A DNA stretch of 64,000 nucleotides from Octopus sinensis (taxonomy: Eukaryota): positions 3,348,001 to 3,412,000 of the forward strand of contig NC_043002.1 of assembly GCF_006345805.1 (NCBI RefSeq). The letters are read 5' to 3'. Below the pieces are notes generated by a model. That model saw only the letters and a list, made by a program, of their open reading frames with translations, had not been told where the DNA came from and made no database searches. Positions 11,661 through 25,981 of the stretch are shown in pieces (positions within the stretch are counted from its first letter, which is position 1; every line of letters begins with the position of its first letter). The translations under genes and the position numbers were made by a program.

Positions 11661-14600
11661 TTGGAAATTGAAATGACACCTGAAATGAATTTTTAGTGTT
11701 AAGACTATGAAAATGAGTAAAAGATTCATGTTATTGTAAATTTTAGAAAAAGAATTTTAAAAATTTATTCTTTTGTAAGAAGATTTAAAATCAAGGAGTC
11801 ATTTCATGTAACATACTTTGTCTTTAGTAAAATTAGTGAAACCCCTCAATGCTAGAATCAATAGGGACTTAATCTCTTTTAGACAAGTTCAATATTGATT
11901 CTTCCATGGAACCAACTGACCATCCATAAAAGTAAGAATCCTGGTTCAATGCCATTTAAAACAAATTTTTTCAAAATAGATTTACCAAAGTCCCTGAATG
12001 TTTCAGTGTTAGACTGGATGACAAAACCGATGCAGTTGCATTTTGTATGCAGAAGCGTGACTGTGTGGTAAAGAAATTTGCTTTGCAACCATGTAGCTTT
12101 GTGTTCAGTCCCACTGCACAGCACCTGGGACAAGAGTCTTCTATAGTCCTGGTCTGACCAATGCCTTGAGTGAATTTGGTCGACAGATATTGTGTAGAAG
12201 CCCGACATATATGTATGTCTGTGTTGTGGTTGTCCCTTACCACTGCTTGACAACCGGTGTTGGTTTGTTTACATCCCCATTACTTAGCTGTCCATCAAAA
12301 AGTCAGACAGAATGAGTGCCAGATTTAAAACTAATTCCTGAGGTTGATTTGGTCACATCCAATCCTTCAAGGCTGTGCCCCAGCATGGCCACAAGTCCTA
12401 TGACTGAAATAAAACAAAAACCTTAAATATGTTTTGCATTTACTTTTCCATTGCAATATTTCGTTTCTCCCCCCCCCCTAAATTTTGCTTCTTCTGTCAA
12501 TGGGAATGTTCCAAGTAAACTCACAGGTTTTAATCTCAACATTTTGTAATATTTTTTTTTTTTTGAAATGACATCAATTGAGGAAGTCAACAATAGTAAA
12601 AATACAAGAGATTTAATTGGTTTTCGTTTTTGGTTTTCTCCCCCCCCCCCCCTGCGCAAGAGCTTTCATATTGAAAGGTCAACCGTGTTGAAGAGTTGAC
12701 TTTTTATTTAACCTGTCAAGGTCACAACTAGGGTTGTTAACTTCTCTACGCTATTTGGGTCTGATATCTCTCGTAGCCATGGCAAAGCGAAACAACTGCT
12801 ACTTGCTATATTCTAAACTCTTCTGCCAGATTATGGGGGAGGGACGGGGAAGAGAAGCGTTTGTTCCTCAAAAGTGTTTTAAATCATTTGTTGTCATCAT
12901 GATATAGCTGTGTGGTAAGAAGCATGTTTCCCAACCACATGGTTCTGGGTTCAGTTCCATGTGGGGCACCTTGGGCAACTGTCTTTTATAGCCTCGGGCC
13001 AATCAAAGCCTTGTGAGTGGATTTGGTAGATGGAAACTAAAAGAATCCCATTGTGTGTGTGTGTGCTGTGTTTGCCTGTCCCCTCCCACACCATTTGATA
13101 ACCGGTGTTGGTGTGTTTACATCACTGTAACCTAGCAGTTCAGCAAAAGAGACCAATTAAGTGCCAGGCTTAAAAAAGCAAAAAGTTCTGGAGCCGATTC
13201 ATTCAACAAGAAATTCAAGGCGGTGCCCCAACATGGCCACAGTATAATGATTGAAACAAGTAAAAAATACAAGATGACTAGATAAAATTATTATTTTTGG
13301 TCATCTAAAATTTCTTCAGCATTCATTTCGTTGTTATTATGCAAAAGTGTTGTAAGTTTGAGAAAAGGAAAAAATAGTTTCACCATTCCATAGCAAAACC
13401 ATTCTACTACACTTTGACAGTTTTTGATATCTTGGCATCTGAAGCAGCAGGAGATACGATAGTTTGGCCAAAAGGACTGACTCTTGCAAATATAAATATT
13501 GAAAAAAAAAAAACTGCATGCATAATAGCAACGGTTTGTTTCAGTCTGACAACAGCTGCAGTTATAGAAACTCCTGTACCCCCCCCCCATCTGACTGTTA
13601 GGTTTATAACAATAGAGACAGAGGATCTCTTTGTTGACGGGTTGGTATGGGTGGGAAATGACTAAATACTGTGTGTGTGTGTGACTGCGTGCGTGTGTGT
13701 GACTGCGAGTGTGTGTGTGTGTGTGATTGTTTGACTTCTAAAGTCATGGTTTAGTACAGAGGTATGCGCATGTTGCCAATTTGTTGTGCACACACCATAA
13801 TTTCCTGCACTTGTGTCTATTTGTATCATTGACGCAGGCTCAGCAATCCTCATCGTACACTCTCCCTCTTTCTCACACACTCATTCACTCTCTCTCTCTC
13901 CCCCTCTCTCGCAGACTCCCTTCCGTTTCCCCATCATCAAGCATTGCCAATTATTTCAGTGAACTTCATAGCAATGTCTGTACAGTTCATACAGATCAAT
14001 AGATCTCCCCCCCCTCCCTGTAACTATGCCAACAATTGGTGGTTATATGATGGAATCTATTATGTTATTGCCTGGAATATCTTTTTATTTTATTTACCAG
14101 TAACATTAATTCTCTTTTCATTTATTATTGATTCATTATTTTTTTTTTTTAGTTAATAACATTTTCCGAGACAATAATTAACTGGAGATTTCGTCCTCTT
14201 CCAAATTTAAAGTTGACTTTCTGCGGCCATTTTATTTATTTAACAGCACCCAACCTTAAACAGATGCTATCGAAAATATGGCTTCACTACTGTAGATCAG
14301 TAGTGGTTGTCACATTTGGCAATAATAAACTCGATCGACTTTCCAAATATATTGTTCCTATATCATGTATCTCTTAGCCAGCAACCTTGGCTTCTCTTCA
14401 GAATTTTGTTTCTGATAACCTTTGACCCTTTTACTGCGGAAATCAGAATTTCATTCTCTTTAACTGTGGAAAGCAGTTTTACATACCAGTCTATTTTTTG
14501 TTTTGTTGTGTTTGAAACTTTTTTTTGTTGATATGTCAATTTTATTGCAGTAATATGACTTTCAGAAACATACCAGTTCCATTTTTTGGAAGATGTTTAT

Positions 14601-17600
14601 CATCATTTATTTACTGGAATAATCATGAGATTTAATTTCACACTTAAAGGGTTAATTCAGTTTCTAGATTTTGCATTTTACCCATGGACTCCTTCTGCCT
14701 CAAAACATTTCCTTCTCTTCCCTTTTGTTGATGCTCAAATGATTTATTTGAATTCATCCAACAAACAACTGCCTGAAGCTTAAAACTTAACATTTTTTTC
14801 ACTCCCCCCACCCCCACCCCCCGTTTCATTCTTGTTATGACATTTAGTAGTATCTTGTAATCAGTTCTTGTTTGAGCTGATGCCCTCCCCTGTAGACAGA
14901 GACCTGTCATCACCACCAGAGGTCTTGAATCATGTCAGTAATACTTATATTTTATTTAATGCAATTAAATTTTTGGAGAGGTTGAAATGGTAGAAGTTCG
15001 TTAGCAATCGGCTTAATTTCATTTGGCAGCTCTTGGCACTTTTCATTTAACATTTTTAATTCGGATGGTTCAGATGTGTTGCATTTTAACCCTTCTGCAT
15101 TCTAAATGGAAGTGGCTTATGAAAGGAATGAAATAACCATTTGTTTGCTTAAGGAATCTCACTGTTAATATGTTGAGTCAAGACTTGTTCATTTCTAACA
15201 TAATTTTTGCACAACTCTCAACAGTTTGTTGCGAGAGAAGCTGATACAGAATAACTTGAAAAGGGTGGATGTTATACAATCTTTTTAACACAAAAGTAAA
15301 TATATTTACATTGACACGATGGATTGGCTACCCATACCTGAAAAATGGGTACGGGTAGATGACAAGGAGGGAATCCTCAATATTGCCCCAATAAATCCCA
15401 TTCCACCCATGCCCATTTGGAAAAAGTGGACATAAGCGATGATGCTGATACCATCAATGAGTCTGTAATAATTCTGTATATGCCCTGTAGTGCCGGCCCT
15501 AAGGAGCAGGGTCCCTTAGAAAGTTATGAGGTGGACTTGATATGATTTCCATCATAAGTTTGTCTTCACTGTCTTGACTTTAAATCTTTTATAAAGAAAT
15601 GTCTAATCAATTATATCAACACTCCTTTAAAACTGATCATGTGAAACAAATCAATAATTTCTGATCTTATCGTCATTTAACATCTGGTTTCCATGGTGGC
15701 CTAGATTGGCCAGTCTGATAGGAGCTGGTTAGGTCAGGAGCCACACCAAGTTCCATTGTCTGTTTTGGCATGGTTTTTATGGTCGGATGCCCTTCCTAAT
15801 GCCAAACACTTTATAGGGGGTATACTGGGTGCTTTTTACATGTCACCAGCACCACATTGAATGCACCAGTTTTTGTCTTATCACTGAAGTTAAGCAACAT
15901 TGAGCCTAGTTAGTACTTAAATGGGTGATCCTTAAAGAATTGGTATAATCTTAGATTTTTTTTTGTGAACTCTTTTAAGATCTATTCACAGATAATTCCT
16001 CACAATATTGGTGCTAAATTGAAAATGAACAAAGGATAAGTCTTGTCTGAAATTTTCTGCCTAAGTTTGTTAAACTGTTATCTTACCTTAGCTAATTAAG
16101 TTCCAACAATTCTACCAATTTTACACTGGTTAACCTTTGGCAGCAAATGAGCTTCACTTCTGACTGATCTGAGATAGTGACGTAGGTGTTGGCTACTGTT
16201 CTTTCTAACCTCAGTAAAGCAATCTTCTTAACTACGTCGATATGTGTGCACGCACACACAATTGTGTTTAATATGTTTGTTTATACATCAGCAAATTTAC
16301 AGTGGACTCTCCCCAGAAACAACAAAATTTACAATTGTTTAAATAAAAAACAGCAGTTCTTAGTAACAATAGATTTGGTGTCTGTAGTTGAAGTGTTCTA
16401 GTGTCTGTTGACATCATTCATAGCCCTGTGATGTGTTTTTGGCACACATTGTCTACAGGGGCAATTTCTGCTGTGAAGATCTCTCTATATTTAAGTCTAT
16501 ACAAACGTATTAATTATAATTATACCCATCTATATTTCAATTAATGTTGCTTAGTGCAATACTTTTTCACCTGAGAATTTGCTAACAAAGTTGCTGGCCC
16601 AAAGACTCTCTACATGTCTCATTATTTCAGAAGTTACCTTTTGAGTTGGTTCCATTCTCGACTCTTACTGACATTCTGTTGTAACTTGTTTTCTATATTT
16701 TTCCTTTTTGTATATTAATTACCTAATTGTTATTAGTGCTAACGACACCTATTTTTGTGCAAATGATTACCACCTTTCTTCGCTCCTTAACTTCCCACTG
16801 TTTCCACGAGCAGACACCTCAATAATATCCTCTCACAGTGCCAAAATATGCATACTGCATATCAGAGAAGCAGTCTTGCATTCCACCTTCCTTATATACA
16901 CCTAGGTTCCCTTGACACACAAAGCAGCAGCAGCAGCACATAGCTGAAACTCAAGTGCTGCTGTGTCTCTGTTTCTGTCTTTAATGGTAAACCCACATGT
17001 ATTATAGCATTAGCAAAGCAGCGTTTCAGCCTCTTCAGGATTCCATTGCCACTGTTGAGAGGATTGCTTACAACAGTGCTGTCACTCCTATGTAATATCT
17101 CAACACACGCACACCCTTATGTAATATACCCACCTATCTATACATCTGGCTTTTATGGTAAAGATTTGCTCTCCATCTACAACCACTAACTCACAGGCAA
17201 ATGGTATCTTTTCTCTGCCTATTTCTCCCATTACAAACCATTGAATCCCAAGAAAATTGGTCCATATTTTTAGAAATGGAAAAATTAGAAACAAAGCGTT
17301 TAACACTTTCTGTTCAAGAGGTTCAGAAAAATTATGATTGCTTCAAATATTTGGGATAAATATGACCAGTTTAACTGTTAAAGATTTAAGTCAACTCTTG
17401 TAAAGAACTTGTTTTTGTTAACTAATTACCATTCCATATTCGTTCAACTAAATTAAGCCCTAGCATTTCTTCTAAGTATGTGCATACAATCATCATTATC
17501 ATTTAACGTCCGTTTTCCATGCTAGCATGGGTTGGATGGTTCGATTGGGGTCTGGGAAGCCAGGAGGCTGCACCAGGCTCCAGTTTGATCTGGCGGTGTT

Positions 17601-19088
17601 TCTACAGCTGGATGCCATTCCTAACGCCAGAGAGTAGTGGTTGCTTTTAACGTGCCACCGGCACGGGGGCCAGTCAGGTGGTACTGGCAACAGCCACACT
17701 CGAAAACGGTGCTTTTTACAGGCCACCTGCACAGGAGCCAGTCCAGTGGCACACATGTTGTGAAAGCAAATGGTGGAGTGGTTAGGGTGTTTGACTCTGG
17801 ATCATAATGTCATGAGATCAATTCCTTCTTGGACTGGATGGCACATTGTTAAGGCACTTCATTCCACATTATCCCCCCACCCCCGACTACTCGGCTGTAA
17901 ATGAGTGCCAGCCAAGTGATGGTGCTTTTCTCCCCCCCCCCCAGCTGTCATATCTTGGATGTGCCACTGGATCTTAATTGCTAGTAGGGATCATTTTGCA
18001 ACCATAACATACAACCAAGGGAACCATCCAACCCATGCCAGCATGAAAGCGGACGTTAAACGATGATGATGATGATGATTGGCTCCTGAGCCTCATTTTA
18101 TGTTTTATCCCAGGGTCCCAGTACGATATCTTAATTCTGACAGGAGTGACATAATATTTTTACACTATACCATATCTCTCAGAAAGCCCATAGGAAAGAA
18201 TTTAAAAAGGGACCTGCTGGTGGGTTGGGAGGGACTCGCTAACATACCACCAGAAAGAGAAAAAACTCAGTTTACATTGTCTCAGCTTGAAAAACTCAGT
18301 TTTGTAATGAAAAGTTTTTACCCTTCAAGGACTTTGAGCCTTGAAATCTTGTACCTTCATCAGGAGTTTTGTACCATGTTTTGTTTTTTTTGAGGCTCAA
18401 GACTTTTCATACACCCCTCATATATATATATATATACATACACACATCTATAACACATGTAATGCCAGTAGGTATAATGAGGTTGATGAAATAGGTACCA
18501 GTGAAATCCTTGGGCCAATTGGTTTGACTAACCCCTCCCCTCAAAATTGCTGACCTTGTGCTTTAATTAGAGACAATTATTAAGTTTGGCAGAAATGGTT
18601 GTCAGATTAAATACCTTGTGGTATTTACTCCCTTTGTCCCTTTTCTTGTGTCCAACTTTGAATCGTTCTAGGTTGAGAAAGTAATTGGAAATAATTACAA
18701 ACGCGAGTCAAAGGTCAATTCAATTAAATCTAATTGTAATTTAAAGACCTGTGGCTTGGTGCCAAAGTCAAATTGCTATTATTAACACACAAGCAGAAAT
18801 GGTCGACTGTTTTGCTAAATTATTGAGTTAGGGTGTTTTATATTTGGATTTTTAAGCTCTCTGGGCCCTCTTTTTAGGGTTCATAAAATACCACTCATAC
18901 ACTGGGGCCAACTAAGTCAACTTTATTCCTTTGTAAATTTGCAGCTTTTTGACTCTGTTTACAGTGGTTCTGACATTAATGGCGTGAAATCATTAATTGG
19001 GCAATCATCATAATTGTCATTATTTTACTGCTCCCTTTTCCATGCTTGCAAGGGCCTGACAGAACTGAGTCAGAATTTCTATGACTGA

Positions 19089-19305
19089 AGGCGGTGAGCT
19101 GGCAGAAACATTAGCACACCAGGCGAAATGCTAAGTGGTATTTCGTCTATCTTTATGTTCTCAGTTCAAATTCCGCCAAGGTCAACTTTACCTTTCATCC
19201 TTTTGGGGTTGAGAAATTAAGTACCAGTTGCATATTGGGGTCAATGTAAACAACTGACACCCTCCCCCAAAATTTCGGGTCTTGTGCCTAGAATAGAAAA
19301 GAATT
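19089..19305 (+). mobile_element. Short SINE family (ggcggtgagctggcagaa head; cctttcatccttt..ggggt central domain)
   Basis: Dispersed copies at about 1320, 3065, 22848(-), 38570(-), 41123, 44053, 45970(-), 58783; B-box-like gttcaaattcc. Confidence 0.8.
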
Positions 19306-19454
19306 TATAAGACTGGGTGCTCTTCTTGTTGCCAAGCTTCACCTGTTTCCAAGCAAAGTAAGATTTTCCCATGGTTGGACCATGTTTTTCCTGGATGATT
19401 GGAAACAAAAGACGCTGCTTGTATATGTAGTTTTATATATATATATATATATAT

Positions 19455-20113
19455 AATCGAATCGAATCGTATCAAATCAAATCGAACCAAATCAAAATAG
19501 ATGAACATCAATGGAATTTGTATCCTTGTGGTACCAGTGCCGGTGGCACATAAGAAAACCATCCGAACGTGACCGTAGCCAGTACCGCAATGACTGGCCT
19601 CCGTGCTGAGGGCACGTAACAAACACCATCCGAGCGTGGCCGTCCGCCAGCCTCGTCTAGCACCTGTGTCGGTGACACATAAGAAAACACCATCCGAGCG
19701 TGGCCGTCTGCCAGCCTCGTCTGGCACCTGTGTCGGTGGCACATAAAAAACACCATCCGAGCGTGGCCGTCTGCCAGCCTCGTCTGCACCTGTGTCGGTG
19801 GCACATAAAAAAAACACCATCCGAGCGTGGCCGTCTGCCAGCCTCGTCTGGCACCTGTGTCGGTGGCACATAAAAAACACCATCCGAGCGTGGCCGTCTG
19901 CCAGCCTCGTCTGGCACCTGTGTCGGTGGCACATAAAATCACCCACTACACTCTCGGAGTGGTTGGCGTTAGGAAGGGCATCCAGCTGTAGAAACACTGC
20001 CACATCTGACTGGCCTGGTGCAGCCTTCGGGCTTCCCAGACCCCAGTTGAACCGTCCAACCCATGCTAGCATGGAAAGCGGACGTTAAACGATGATGATG
20101 ATGATGATGATGA
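19455..20113 (+). mobile_element. GAT-tailed RTE-type SINE with internal array of about 62-bp units
   Basis: ggttggcgttaggaagggcatccagctgtag core; 3' end ccaacccatgctagcatggaaagcggacgttaaac(gat)n; about 5 tandem units at 19620-19940. Confidence 0.85.
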
Positions 20114-20141
20114 TATATACATACATATCGTTGTGTCTACG

Positions 20142-20493
20142 GAGAGTCATTATGTCAATATTATTAATACGTGCACTGGTTCAAATTTCACTGTTTTGTA
20201 ATTAGTCTATTGGTTGAATATCCAACTAACTGATTGATTGTTTATTAAATTTGGTTAAATAGTTAATCGTTTGTTTTGCTTTCGTTTTTCAAAGATCTTT
20301 CATTGCTTCTTGCAACTTCTTCAATGACTTTCGTCATGGAGCTTTGACAAAACAAATGACTCACTGCTGAAACCAAATAAAAAAAAAAAGAAAAAATTGA
20401 TTTAGTTAGTTGGAAATGTCACCAATTGACTAATTGATAAAGGAGTGGAATTGAACCAGTGTCTCTGTTAATAACACTGGCATAATGACTCTC
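20142..20493. mobile_element. MITE-like element with long (about 100 bp) imperfect inverted arms
   Basis: gagagtcattatg...ccaactaac is matched by gttagttgg...cataatgactctc. Confidence 0.7.
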
Positions 20494-20953
20494 TCCCCCC
20501 CAGATGCAACAAAATTTGTTTCAACGCACAAATTCACATAAAGAATCATGCAAACCAGATACAAAGATGAAGTGTGTGTGCATGCATGCGCGCACGCACG
20601 CACACACACCTCCCCTGGAAAGAAGTGTGGGTTGGTGGCAGGAAGGTCACCCAGCTATAGGAAACCTGCCCTTATCTGACAAATTCCTAGAAAAATAATT
20701 GTTCTTCTTAACCCGCCCCTCTCTAATTTTATGTTAATTAACTAATTATAATTCAAAGAAAAATTGAGTTCATTAGTCAATAGACTGCATCAACAGCAAA
20801 AACAAAACAAAAAAAAACTCAGTTAATAACATTGGTTGAACAAGTTAGGTTTACATTGAAAATGTTATTTTAGTATTTGAAATACAACTTGGAAGAATTC
20901 TTTAAAAAGAACTTAAAGTTGCTGCCATTTGCTGGCAATGTTTTATATATACA

Positions 20954-21500
20954 CTAGCAGTATCGCCCGGCGTTGCTCGGGTTTGTAAGGGAAATAACTA
21001 TATAAGCATTTTTAGTGAGTTATAGCAAAAAATGCATTAAAAATGGAATAAAAAATGATGGTAAATTTTTTTTTAAATCGTAGACTCATCGTAGACGCTT
21101 TCTTAGCCATTTCTGTTTTGGTGTCAAGCCATGAAGTCGTTGTTCTAAAAGAACGCTGGTCTCCTTGACAACGCATTACGACGTTGATTTCCTTAAAATC
21201 CCTTCCCCACAGCTTCACGAGGGAGGGAAGAAGGGGAGAAGCAAACACAGGTGCAGGTGTTTGAGCGTGGACGCCAACTCCGCCGCCATCGACACACGAA
21301 AAATTGTGCATTAAAATGGAATAAAAAATGATGTTAAGTTATTTTTAAAATCGTAGACTCATTGTAGACGCGCGCTAAGAGCCAGACGGGCTCGATATGA
21401 ATCACGACTATAAGATACCCGAATTTGGTTAAACTGCACCGCAAAATGTGGGAGTAGTTAGGAATCTAAATTGAAGGGGACAGACACTCACACAACTACA

Positions 21501-21512
<12 letters not shown>
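20954..21512 (-). mobile_element. Non-autonomous Helitron
   Basis: Minus strand 3' end cccgagcaacgccgggcgatactgCTAG|t (subterminal hairpin plus CTAG); 5' end tatatataaaactgtagttgtgtgagtgtctg in a TA run. Confidence 0.75.
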
Positions 21513-21539
<27 letters not shown>

Positions 21540-21577
21540 TTAATCTCTCTAAAGGAGACTATGGCAGAGGTATTGGA

Positions 21578-21770
21578 TATTAATAGTTATCGCTAAGCTA
21601 ACATGGCAGTCCATAAATATAGGACGAATGCTGCTGCTGATTAGCTCCAAGAGGCCGTCGCCTCTAGCTAGCTATGTGACACACAAACCTTAACCTGGTT
21701 GTGTGTCACATAGCTAGCTAGAGTCCTATTTTTCTGGACTGCCATGTTAGCTTGGCAATAACTATTAATA
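21578..21770. mobile_element. Second palindromic element related to 755-1032
   Basis: Shares aacatggcagtcc...taggacgaatgctgctg; inverted arms, with an internal deletion in the right arm. Confidence 0.75.
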
Positions 21771-21786
21771 TATATATGTGTCTGTG

Positions 21787-22165
21787 TGCAGGAGTGGCTG
21801 TGTGGTAAATAGCTTGCTTACCAACCACATGGTTCTGGGTTCAGTCCCACTGCATGGCACTTTGGGCGTCTTCTACTACAGCCTCGGGCCAACCAAAGCC
21901 TTGTGAGTGGATTTGGTAGATGGAAACTGAAAGAAGCCCGTCGTATATATATATATATATATGTTTGTGTGTCTCTGTTTGTCCCTCCAACATCACTTGA
22001 CAACCGATGCTGGTGTGTTTACATCCCCGTAACTAGCAGTTCAGCAAAAGAGACTGATAGAATAAGTACTAGGCTTACAAAGAATAAGTCCTGGGGTCGA
22101 TTTGCTCGACTAAGGACGGTGCTCCAGCATGGCCACAGTCAAATGACTGAAACAACTAAAAAAAA
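21787..22165 (+). mobile_element. tRNA-headed SINE with internal TA/TG microsatellite
   Basis: A box tggctgtgtggta, B box ggttcagtccc, tail ggtgctccagcatggccacagtcaaatgactgaaac. Confidence 0.85.
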
Positions 22166-22366
22166 TAAAATAAAATATAAAGAAAAATATCTAATTCTTA
22201 CACTAAAATTCTTCTGTTTTGAAAATTAATTTCATGGAATCCCAAAAATGGTAAACTTATTTTACCATTATTGCTCTTTTATTCAGTCAAAAGTTTTCCT
22301 TACAAATGGTTGGTTATAAAACAACCAAAAAGCCCAAGAGTATAATTTTTTTTTTTTTTTTCTCAG

Positions 22367-22452
22367 ACGATGATGACAACCTGGGAAAGCCTCAATTACA
22401 ACTTGGATTTGCTTGCTTTTTGGTGGATCAGAAGACTGGAGATCATCTTGTG
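22367..22452 (+). CDS. Coding exon, 86 nt, phase 1-0: DDDDNLGKPQLQLGFACFLVDQKTGDHLV
   Basis: Poly-T tract then tctcag acceptor; donor GTG|gtgagt; frame continuous with both neighbours. Confidence 0.92.
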
Positions 22453-24783
22453 GTGAGTTTTTGGTTTTTGTTTTTATGAAGCCAGTCTTAAAAATCTAGT
22501 TTAGTTCTTTAGCATTCTGATCACTCTGTCAAATGTTAAGTTTATAGATTCACATTTTTTTTTGTTTCTTATTAAGCATGCATTATTTAAAAACTTCACA
22601 ATCTCAATGATCTCATCATTATCATCATTTCACATCTGTTTTCCATGCTGGCATGGGTTGGAGGGGTTGGCTCCAGTTTGTTCTGGCAAGGTTTCTATGG
22701 CTGGATACCCTCTTTAATATCAACCAATATACAGAGTGTACTGGCTGCTTTTAATGTGGCACCAGCATCCATGGGGTCACCAGGATGATATAGGTGTGAC
22801 AGACTGAGTCTAATCAGTTTGAATATAAGGGGCCGAATATATATTTCTTTACTACCCACAAGGGGCTAAACATAGAGGGGACAAACAAGGACAGACAAAG
22901 GGATTAAGTCGATTACATCGACCCCAGTGCGAAACTGGTACTTTATTTATCGACCCCGAAAGGATGAAAGGCAAAGTCGACCTCGGCGGAATTTGAACTC
23001 AGAATGTAACGACAGATGAAATACCGCTAAGCATTTCGCCCGGTGCGCTAATGTTTCTGCCAGCTCGCCGCCTATATAAGGGTCTGAATATAGGTTAATA
23101 TGTTTTAATTCTGTGTCCTGTCAATATGTAATTGATGTGAAAATATCTCAGATGTTTATATTTAATTTGCAGCATTAATTTTTGTTGTATCAAATATTTT
23201 TTTTATCTCTCTGTTCTCTTCAGTGCTTTTGATATCAACCTGCCTAAATCTACCTCAGCTTCTATCATGCAAAGCTTCCTGTTTTAACCCTTTTGGTACC
23301 AGTTCGCCTGAAACCACCCTTGCTTCTATGTTACAAATTCCTTGCTTTCAAGAGATCTAAATTAAAATCCTTCCATCTAAATTCTTTGTTAATTTATATT
23401 CTAAACACCAGCTAAATGATAATTGATGTATTTTAATAAATTCATTATTTCACAATTAGAACCAAAGCAAATATAACAAAAGTGATAAAGCATTCATTTT
23501 CAAATTAAAGTCCATCTTCATAACTTTATGCTCCAAACACCGGATTAATAATGAAATTTGGTTATTTCTGTAAATATTGATTCCTGTTTGAAGCAAATTG
23601 AAATCTGGACAGTGTGTGATGGATTAGGGGTTTAGGGAGAAAAGACGTAGAAAATAATTTTGATGAAATGTTGTAAATTGCTCAGACTGTCATGGCAAGA
23701 GTTTGTGATTTTTCCCTTTCTGTTACAATCACCCCTAAGCCATGATCACTGCTGCTTCTCATTCTGTAATAAAGTTGGTCAGTCATCAGAGTTGTAGGGT
23801 TATGAGGTCCTTTCAGTCAGGTCCTCAATGTGGTTACTTGTCTAGTGCTGGTGTCATGAAAAAAAAGAAGCAACAACCAGTCCGCTTACCTGTAAACTGA
23901 TCAATGTTAGGAAGGGCATCCAGCCACTGAAACCAGATCAAAAATTAAATTTGAGATGAGGTCCCCTGGTTTATCTTAGTGAGCAGTATCCCTCACATAC
24001 AGCTGTCACCATGGTGACTCATCCAACTCATGCCAGCATGGAAAGAGGCTGAAAAATGCTGATGCTGATAGGAATGCATTTTCTCTTACAACTCCATCAT
24101 CCTATGAGGCAGAATCAGTCCATTGATGCAGAAGAGGATGTTTCCTTTTTTTTTTTTCTTACTATGAAATAAATTCATTGTTTTTTTCATGTAACAAATT
24201 TTTTCTTTTAGAAAAATGTAAAGCAAGTATAGTAAAAAAAAATAACAAACAATATATGTGTATGTGTATGTGTGTGTATTGCAAGAAATAAGGCTTTTCT
24301 TGCAATATAGTTGCTTTCACACCCTCAGTCATAACCCTAATTTTTCCTTTATGGTCTTATATTGTGTCTACCTGTTTGTCATCATCACCATCATCATCAT
24401 CATTTAACGTCCATTGTCCATGCTGGCATGGGTTGATGATGATGGTTTGACTGGGCTGGCACACTGGGTGGTTGCACCAGGCTCCAGTCTGATTTGGCAG
24501 TTTTCTACAGCTGGATGCCCTATATTATATTTCTAACTCTCCTCTATATCACTACCTTCAACTAACTTTTTTTAACCATGTAATAAATACTACATTCCCC
24601 CACCTCACGTCATGGATGCTTCTCCTTCCCCCTTTTTCTCTCTCTTTCTCTGTTACTCTTTGCTTTACCTTTTTTTCTCTTTTTCTTTTTCCCTCAATCT
24701 TCACTTTTACCTTCAACTAATCATGTGAGGGCATTAAAGATGGGCAAATAAGTAATGGAGGAACAAGCAGAATAATTATTATC

Positions 24784-24816
<33 letters not shown>

Positions 24817-25161
24817 ATGGAGGTGGAAATAGCACAGAAGTATGTCTAAGACATTTCAATTTAAGAGGGGCTTTAATAAAAATAATTTTTAAAAATTATT
24901 ATATAAAGAAAATATTACTGGTTTTGATGTATTTCATCTTATCAAATGTCAGTAAAAATTTATAAAAATTTGAAGTAAAGACAGTTTATCTTCTGTCTGG
25001 GGTCAAGAACATGTCTGGAGATTTTTCATTGAAGTCTTCTTTAAATATAGTTTAGTTTGGAGTCCAAGGTGTTAGAGCGTGAGTGAAGGGGTGTCTGTTG
25101 TGTAAAAGAAATCTCTGTGTGTTCCTGCCAAGGGAGAGGCTAAAAAGTATTTATTGAATGG

Positions 25162-25203
<42 letters not shown>

Positions 25204-25981
25204 CAAAGCAAAAAATGGAACAAACAACATTCTTCCCGAGCGTCAAACTAATACACCTGTTTGTTGTTCCCTCACCTGTCTTGTTTTCAGTAAATTTGAA
25301 CAAATATATGAAGGAAGTGTACTTTGGTTCAAAATAATCAATTTTTAAGCTGTTAATTAGCATTTATGACCAGAAGCATTCCAGCTATGACCATCCTGTC
25401 TTTGTCCTTGGCACAGTCCATATAGAACACACAGTGTGCCCTTCTTTTTTCAGAGATATTTTACTACTCTATAGTTTGACCTAAAAATGTTGCAAAATCT
25501 GTCCCATTCAAGTCTTTGTTGTCAGCTTTGACAACTTGCTGCTGCTGCTGCTGCTGCTGCTCTTTTCACAAGTTGCTGTCATTTGGTTTATTTTACCACA
25601 ATGGCTTCTCTTGCTCTTCAGAATTAAATTCCTCTTATCTCTCCAATTGTGTTTATGAGGTTACTTCTTTTTTTTATATATTGTTTATGGTTGTGAGGTT
25701 AAGTTTCCTTCCCAACAGGTGCAGGCGGCATGGCTGTGCGGTAATAAGCTTTCTTCACAACCACGTGGTTCTGGGTTCAGTCCCATTGCATGACACCTTG
25801 GGCAACTGTCTTCTACTATAGCCTCAGGCCAACCAAAGCCTTGTGAGTGGATTTGGTAGACAGAAACTGAAAGAAGACTGTTGTGTGTTTGTGTGTGTGT
25901 GTATATATATATATATATAAATTAACAGAGTGAGATAAAAACTCGAAGTCTGTAAATAGTTTTCAGAACATTTATAAAGAG

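Noticed and set aside
13914-14156. Exon after ctctctcgcag acceptor
   Set aside because: Acceptor comes from a (CT)n tract, no convincing donor, peptide not protein-like.
19305-20072. 255-aa ORF, and similar ORFs at 27072-27723 and 29128-29651
   Set aside because: They are translations of the SINE 62-bp tandem array, open in several frames on both strands.
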